Source: Octopus bimaculoides
Lineage: Eukaryota
Assembly: GCF_001194135.2 (NCBI RefSeq)
Contig: NC_069001.1
Coordinates: forward strand, 8,040,557 to 8,076,871
Direction: 5' to 3'
DNA: 36,315 nt
Shown here: positions 29,900-36,315 of the stretch, piece by piece
How positions within the stretch are numbered: position 1 is the stretch's first letter
Layout: each line of letters begins with the position of its first letter
Translations under genes and position numbers: made by a program
The notes under the pieces: generated by a model
Database searches by the model: none
What the model saw: the letters and a program-made list of their open reading frames with translations, nothing else
Told to the model about the DNA's origin: nothing

Positions 29900-30690
29900 A
29901 TTGCATCCCTCTTCAGCTGAGCATTCCTGATTTCATTGGGCTTGATGGGTCTTCTCAAGCACAGCACATTGCCAAAGGTCTCAGTCGCTAGTCATTGCCT
30001 CTGTGTGGTTCAAAGTTTGAAGATCACGCTCCACCACCTCGTCCCATGTCTACCTCTACCACAGATGCTCTCCACAGTTACAGATTAGCACTTCTTTACA
30101 CAGCTGTCCTCATCCATACACATCACATGACCATACCAGTGCAGTTATCTCTCTTGCACACCACATCTGATGCCTCTTATAGCTAGTTTTTCTCTCAAGA
30201 TGCTTACCCTCTGTCGAACATGCTCACTGACATTGCACATTCAAGCAAAGCATACTGGCTTCATTTATTTCAAGCCTACACTCTCACATCCTATGTTTCA
30301 CTGCCATGCAGCATAGCTGTTTGCACACAGGCATCATACAATCTACCTTTCACTCTGAGCGATAGACCCTTTGTTGCCAGCAGAGGTAAGAGCTCTCTGA
30401 ATTTTGCTCAGCCTAATCTTATTCTCACAGCTACTCTCTTGGAGCATCCATCTTCACTACTAACTTGGCCACCTAGATAACAGGAGCTATCTACTACGTC
30501 AAGCTTGTTCCCCTGGCAGTTGATGGAGTCTATTTTCAGTACATTTTCAGCGTATATTGTATCTGTGCATTTTTCAGCCTTCCTCTGATATTGCTGCACC
30601 TTTTATGCATCCAAAGCTTACACCGGGTGCATCTGATGTAGTTTCTACCTACACCTTTTCTACATATATATGCCACTTTCGATAATACTC
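29900..30690 (-). mobile_element. RTE-clade LINE 3' ORF fragment
   Basis: CRKGVGRNYIRCTRCKLWMHKRCS; LDVVDSSCYLG..VSSEDGCS..V..RIRLGWAKFRELLPLLATKGLSLRVKGRLYDACVQTAMLHGSETW; WYGHVM.MDEDSCVKKC. Confidence 0.9.
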
Positions 30691-31756
30691 TTCAATGCAG
30701 CTAAAAGTTCCAATTCTCCGTGGATGCTGCTCCCCCTTTTATTATAATGCTACAGAGATCAGGTGTTATATCTTAAGCTTTTCAGACCATCCACAAGAAA
30801 CAACAAATGTTTGAGTGAGTTCTACTTCTTGTTTTATGTGTTTAACCCTTTAGCATCCAGATTATTCTGTCAAATGTAATATTTTTTTATTCACATTGTC
30901 TTGAATTAACCAAGCATTATATTGTAGTTTTAAGATTTCAATGATGGGATTGTTTATGTTTTGAATGACATTGTCAGGTAGGTGTGAGTGGCCAGATCTG
31001 ACAAATTTTAACACAGAACAATTAGAATATTTTGGGTCAGATATGGCTGGTTTAAATTCTAAAGGATTAAAGAAAATTAAAGCCTTTGACTGGATAATGT
31101 CTTAGAGGAGGGAGTTAACATATTCTCCTTCATTTCCATGATTTTACTGCTTGCAAAATTTAGTTTTGAATCATTTGAATTTAGCATGGCAACTTTTGTT
31201 TTGTTGCATTGACTTCTTATGATTATTTTATGTTGACAGTACAAACCCTAACTAAAATGCATACATACACAAGTTTATATATCTGTCTACATATATGTAT
31301 ATGTATGCATGTGTGAGACTTGTTCAATTTTACATACACAAGTATAAGTATATGAATGTACATGAAAGCGTTTACAGATAAGTGTGTACCTATGTACACA
31401 CAAATTTTTTTTATTACTTTTTCTAGTCATTAAAAATTTTTCGTCAAATGAATTGACCCCGGTACTTAAAGCCTTGTGAAATATCAGCTACCTAGTGTTT
31501 CCTCATCAAAATATTAAATTTATTTAGCCATTTTTCAAGCTGGTAAAGTCAACAAGATGGTTTAGTGATTGCATTTGATATGATTGAGGTTTGAATGAGC
31601 TTACGTATCTTGAAGATAGCGTGCAATGGAAGGTAGATAATTAATAGACAGAAATATAAGACAGTCTTTAGTGTGGAAAATTTCATAAACCAACACTGGA
31701 ATGAGTTGTAGTCTGTTTGGTAGTTTATCTTTAATTCCTATGATGTATTTTGTAAA

Positions 31757-32062
31757 ATACTTTGTAAAATGCCGACATGATGAAAAATTTCGCTTTTCCT
31801 ATTTATACAGTTCCTGGTAGTTTTACAGTCTTTAGATGACAGTTTTCCAAGTGACCACAAAGAACGTGATTTTGACCTGTTAATGTAAGGCGTGGTCTCA
31901 GAAAAGATCTTCCATTTGATGTAGTCATTGATGTTTGCATCCTTCAGTCTCCATATTTATGCCAAGAGCATTGTTGCATGTCTCTTTTTGGAGTGCCTAA
32001 AGGTAGAAAAATGGTTGTTGTACCTGGATTTAAATTTTCCCTTCAGACTTTATATAGCATTT
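31757..32062 (-). mobile_element. Penelope-like element GIY-YIG endonuclease C-terminal relic
   Basis: YI..EG.FKSRYNNHFSTFRH....TML...IW.LKD.N....IKWKI...PYIN.SK...INRKSEIF..CRH.TKY. Confidence 0.75.
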
Positions 32063-32224
32063 AATCTCAGCTGAGCCAGTGCCATAGTTTGCTACTGGAT
32101 GTGCCTCATAAACAACAAACGATATGATGCTTACCTGCTCTATGCATATGCATTCTGGATGAGTCATCAGTTGCTCATTGATGTAGGTTTTAACATTAGG
32201 GGAGCAGGAATACATAATTTTCAT

Positions 32225-32375
32225 TCTGTAAAGTGGTTGGTATTAGGATGGGCATCCAGCTATAGAAACCAAGCCAAAACAGACTATGAAACCTAGTGCA
32301 GCCCTGGCCTTGCCAGTTCCTGTCAAGTCATCCAACCCATGCTAGCATGGAAAATGGATTTTAAATGATGACGAC
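32225..32375 (+). mobile_element. 5'-truncated RTE 3' end
   Basis: GTAAAGTGGTTGGTATTAGGATGGGCATCC...CCATGCTAGCATGGAAAATGGA.TTTAAATGATGAC. Confidence 0.7.
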
Positions 32376-32911
32376 ACACATACAAACATGATAAATGTAT
32401 TTATTATATCAATTTTGAATAATTGCTTTAACAAATTTAGTCTATTGATTGGTTGACCAAATGATTAATCAAACAATTGATTAGCTAATTAGTTAAATGT
32501 TAGTGAATTGACTAATAATAATAAAAGAAGTGAAATTGAACCAGTGTGTTTATAATTGGCATAATGACCGTCCCAAGATACAATAAAAATTTTAGTTACA
32601 TGTAACAGGAAAAAGAAATTAGAGAAAATAATTCAGGAGTAAACCAGCTTCAAATTTCTAGTTATTCACAAAAACAACAAAGTCAGAATTTAAAATTTTG
32701 TGCCTCAATACTGAAATGTCAACCAACTGACAAAATACAGTGATAGCTTGTACAAGAGACATGCCCAACTCATAACAACAAACATAATGGACATTTAAAA
32801 TATTAATGATGATGATTTAGAAATTATATCTTTATTCAAATTTGAGGCCACACTGACACACACATGTAATTATGTGATTTTTGAAGGAAGAATGATTTAT
32901 CACAGATATTA

Positions 32912-33146
32912 GCTTGTTTTGCAAGTTATTTGGTGACCCTGTCAGTGCTGGTGCCACATAAAAAATCACTGTTGATGGTGCTATGTAAATGAAAAAAGCA
33001 CTGGTGCTGATGCCTGATAAAAAGCACCCAGGACACTCTGTAAAGTGGTTGGCATTAGGAAGGGCAGCTAGCAGCAGAAACCATGGCCTTATAGCTGCTA
33101 TCAAACTGTCCAACATAGAAAATGGACATTAAATGATGCAGATGAT
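32912..33146 (+). mobile_element. 5'-truncated RTE 3' end inserted at the end of ZNF-C
   Basis: GTAAAGTGGTTGGCATTAGGAAGGGCA...CATAGAAAATGGACATTAAATGATGCAGATGAT; zinc-finger sequence on both flanks. Confidence 0.8.
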
Positions 33147-34171
33147 CAGTTATATGTTGTTTCATCGGTATGAACACACTTGTGTCGAGTTAAGCAACTT
33201 GTCTGAGAGAATGATTTACCACAGGTATGACAATGATATGGCTTCTCTCCTGTATGAATACGTATGTGTGTAGTTAAGTCACCACTTCTGGAGAAGGATT
33301 TACCACAGATATCACAGCAATATGGCTTCTCTCCTGTATGAATGCGTATATGTGTAGTTAATTCGCTACTTCCTGAAAATGATTTGCCACAGATATCACA
33401 GTGATGTTGCTTCTCTCCTGTATGAATGCGTTTATGAGTAACCAATGTGCTGCCTACAGAGAATGATTTACCACAGATGTCACAGTGATACGGTTTCTCT
33501 CCTGAATGGACACGTTTGTGTTTGGTTAAATCACTACTGGTAGAGAATGGTTTACCACAAGTATCACAGTGATAAGGCTTCTCTCCTGTATGAATGTGTT
33601 TATGTTTAGATATGTCGCTATTTTGTGAGAATGATTTGCCACAGATATCACAGTGATATGGCTTCTCGCCTGTATGAATACGTTTGTGAATGGTCAAGTG
33701 ACTTGTCTGAGAGAATGATGTACCACAAATATCACAGCAATAAGGTTTATCTCCTGTATGGAAACGTTTGTGAGTAGTTAAGTGACTCTTTTGAGAGAAT
33801 GATTTACCACAGATATCGCAGTGATAGGGTTTGTCTCCAGTATGAAAACGCTTGTGAATAGTCAAATGACTGGTTTGAGAAAATGTTTTCCCACAGATAT
33901 CACAGTGATATGGCTTCTCTCCTGTATGAATGCGTTTGTGTCTTGTTAAATGACCAGTTTCAGAGAATGATTTACCACAGATATCACAGTGATATGGCTT
34001 TTCTCCTGTATGAATACGTCTGTGAGTAGTTATGCTAGCTTTCTGATGGAATGTCTTTTTACAGATATCACAGTGGTACAATATTTTTCCAATCTCTTTA
34101 GACATCTTATCAGAAAAATCAATGCTTTCATACTGTTTTTTCACATTTAATTTGGTTTTCACATAATCCAT
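33146..34171 (-). CDS. C2H2 zinc-finger protein C: 11 fingers, 341 aa
   Basis: Tandem C2H2 repeats with TGEKPY linkers; leader homologous to those of A and B. Confidence 0.93.
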   Translation of the reverse strand: MDYVKTKLNVKKQYESIDFSDKMSKEIGKILYHCDICKKTFHQKASITTHRRIHTGEKPYHCDICGKSFSETGHLTRHKRIHTGEKPYHCDICGKTFSQTSHLTIHKRFHTGDKPYHCDICGKSFSQKSHLTTHKRFHTGDKPYCCDICGTSFSQTSHLTIHKRIHTGEKPYHCDICGKSFSQNSDISKHKHIHTGEKPYHCDTCGKPFSTSSDLTKHKRVHSGEKPYHCDICGKSFSVGSTLVTHKRIHTGEKQHHCDICGKSFSGSSELTTHIRIHTGEKPYCCDICGKSFSRSGDLTTHIRIHTGEKPYHCHTCGKSFSQTSCLTRHKCVHTDETTYN

Positions 34172-34427
34172 TCTCCATAATTTATTTTATATCCCACTAC
34201 AATATAATTATTTCCGTTTTGTTTTTATACTTCCAATAACAATTTCTGTTGCTCTGTATGTCAACAACTGTAATAACTAGCTGTTAATATCTGAAGATAC
34301 AAAGTTCTTTGCAAATTTCTCCATGTTTAATTGGTATCCAAACTCATCTTGTAATCATTCCAGACAACGAAGCACAGCAATGTTGCTAATAATCTCAAAC
34401 AGAGGAAATATTACACAGTAATTGTAG

Positions 34428-34465
<38 letters not shown>

Positions 34466-36315
34466 TCTCCTGGAGTCTTTAAAGATGATAAATATTGAAG
34501 AAGCATCAGAAGTAAAATATTGTTACGCCAGTGACATCTGATATTCTGAAATAGAGAAATAGTATAAGAAATAGAGGACACTTAAAAGCAGGGATTTAAC
34601 AGTGGAAATTTTATTACAATTCTATAAAGATGAAATGTTGACTTATACATTTACCAGAACAACTGAACTTTACTTTTAATGTTATTAAAATTACATGAAA
34701 CAACATTGTGTGAAGCCTAAACATTTATGAAAAGTGATTCAATTGTGCTGCAAATTCAGGTGAAACACAGTATTGACTTAAATGCTTTTGATATACTTGG
34801 TAGTATATTATGATTGCATAACAAAAACACCATGTCCCTACCAGCAATTAATATTGTATGTTAAGTTTCAGAATAGTAGACATTAAATTTCTTCTCCTTC
34901 ACAAAACAAAAACATAAAAAACAAAACATCATCAGTTGTTGATTAGCTTCAGGTGATTCCTGATTGGGCAGACTATAATCAAAGGCAGAATATTTTCAGA
35001 GATGCTACAAACGTAATGATAGATCAAGCAAAAAGGAACACTACATTAATGAAAGATGGTTGAGCCATATTTTAAAAAATTCCTACAAATCTACTTCAGT
35101 CAATGATAGCTGAGTTGGGGAGAAGGTACCTTAGCCTTTATGCTGTTTACCTTACGTATAAAGAAGCATCCATGGAGGAGAAAATTTTGTTTTTCTTTAT
35201 CAGCTGGGGTGGATTAAGATGGAATAGCAAAAAATTATTACTGATTATTTACAATGTAATACAGGTCTTTATTTTCGAGGAGTGTTTGGGAAAACTTATC
35301 GTCTTTGTTGTAACGCTCTTTAAAAAACGGGATGACAGTAGGAATGCTTTAAAAAAAGAAGATTTAGAAAAGTGCAGACGGACGTTTTCACGCAAGCGTG
35401 CACTAATTCGGATGCTTTATTTAACATTTTGAAATAGGTCGACTAGCCTACCAAAAATGAAAACTTTTAATGCTGCTAAAAGACACAAAGATATTAATTC
35501 TATTCTTTGTGGCAATCTGGATAAAGTATAAGATTTAACGATAAGGTCAATTAACAAACTGCAGATAATTATCTAACGACGAAGTGCATTTTCACAGAAA
35601 TTAAATGCAAAGTTCCTGTTTCTAATACTGAATGGGTAAATAATACAACGGTAAACATTTTTGAAATTATTTTTCTATCTGTCCTCAGAATTTATTGATT
35701 ATATATTTGCTTCAATATTTTGAATATAGACCAAGTCTCTCTCACATTGCATACGTAGGACCCGATGACATTCCAGAATGCTTGGAACGTCATTATATCA
35801 ATAATTAATTCTTTTATTGGCCACAAGGGCTTAATGATTCTCTCAAGATGCAACAAAATGTGTTTCGACACAGGATCTTGTAAACTAATACAAAGACGAA
35901 ACACAAAAATATTTTCAGAGTAAAAAATAGAATCATAAAACTAAATACACCAATAAATATCATTACGTTTAGATAAAATAAACTCGATTTGTTTCGATAT
36001 TGTTTAAACCTGCTTAATAATTGATTTCACAATGTGTCGTATACAAAAGTAGACCGTTATTTGACCTTACCATATTTCAGCTCAAATAAACTCCAATTCA
36101 TTTTGAAAATAATGAAGATTTTTAGTGAAATAACTATCGTCAATAAGCTGGTATTTGGAACATAAATAAACACAACATTTTTGAAGGGTAGTTTTAATTT
36201 AGATCACTTGAAAACATAAGGTTTGTATCAAGGCACTAGAGGCGGTCTCGTGTGGATTGGCATCAAAAAGGTTTTTAAATTTCACTTTCGTAGGATTTGA
36301 TTTGTAGAACTTAGA

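Noticed and set aside
31485-31515. Minus-strand TTGATGAGGAAAC near the Penelope relic, hammerhead-like
   Set aside because: First core base is wrong, stem II is absent and there is no convincing stem I
35103-35432. 109-aa ORF upstream of ZNF-C
   Set aside because: No recognisable motifs; lies antisense over the probable ZNF-C promoter or first-exon region

Overview
AT-rich, microsatellite- and retroposon-dense animal genomic DNA, most likely from an octopus (inferred from the short-leader C2H2 array style and the SINE/RTE repertoire); it has three N-gaps. Left half: the 5' part of CC2D2A (MKS6/JBTS9 ciliary transition-zone protein) on the minus strand. I could join 17 GT-AG exons into one 771-codon frame that runs off the left edge. 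A CpG-rich promoter-like zone at about 16.8-17.9 kb separates it head-to-head from three paralogous single-coding-exon C2H2 zinc-finger genes (A 20767-21828 +, B 27168-28358 +, C 34171-33146 -). The rest is decayed mobile DNA: RTE, Dong/R4-like, Tx1/L1-like and Penelope retroelements, three tRNA-derived SINE families, a full-span Tc1, two TA-flanked MITEs, and Helitron and FLYWCH relics. Best leads: (1) a minimal hammerhead-ribozyme fold at 17441-17485; (2) an RTE insertion that split a Cys codon and created the stop codon of ZNF-C; (3) independent frameshifts in the ZNF-A and ZNF-C leaders, both rescued by the same out-of-frame ATG at +7; (4) a Tx1-like fragment that may form the CC2D2A first exon; (5) a near-perfect 105-bp palindrome inside a (TA)n tract. 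Family names and homologies come from motif recognition and recall, not database searches.
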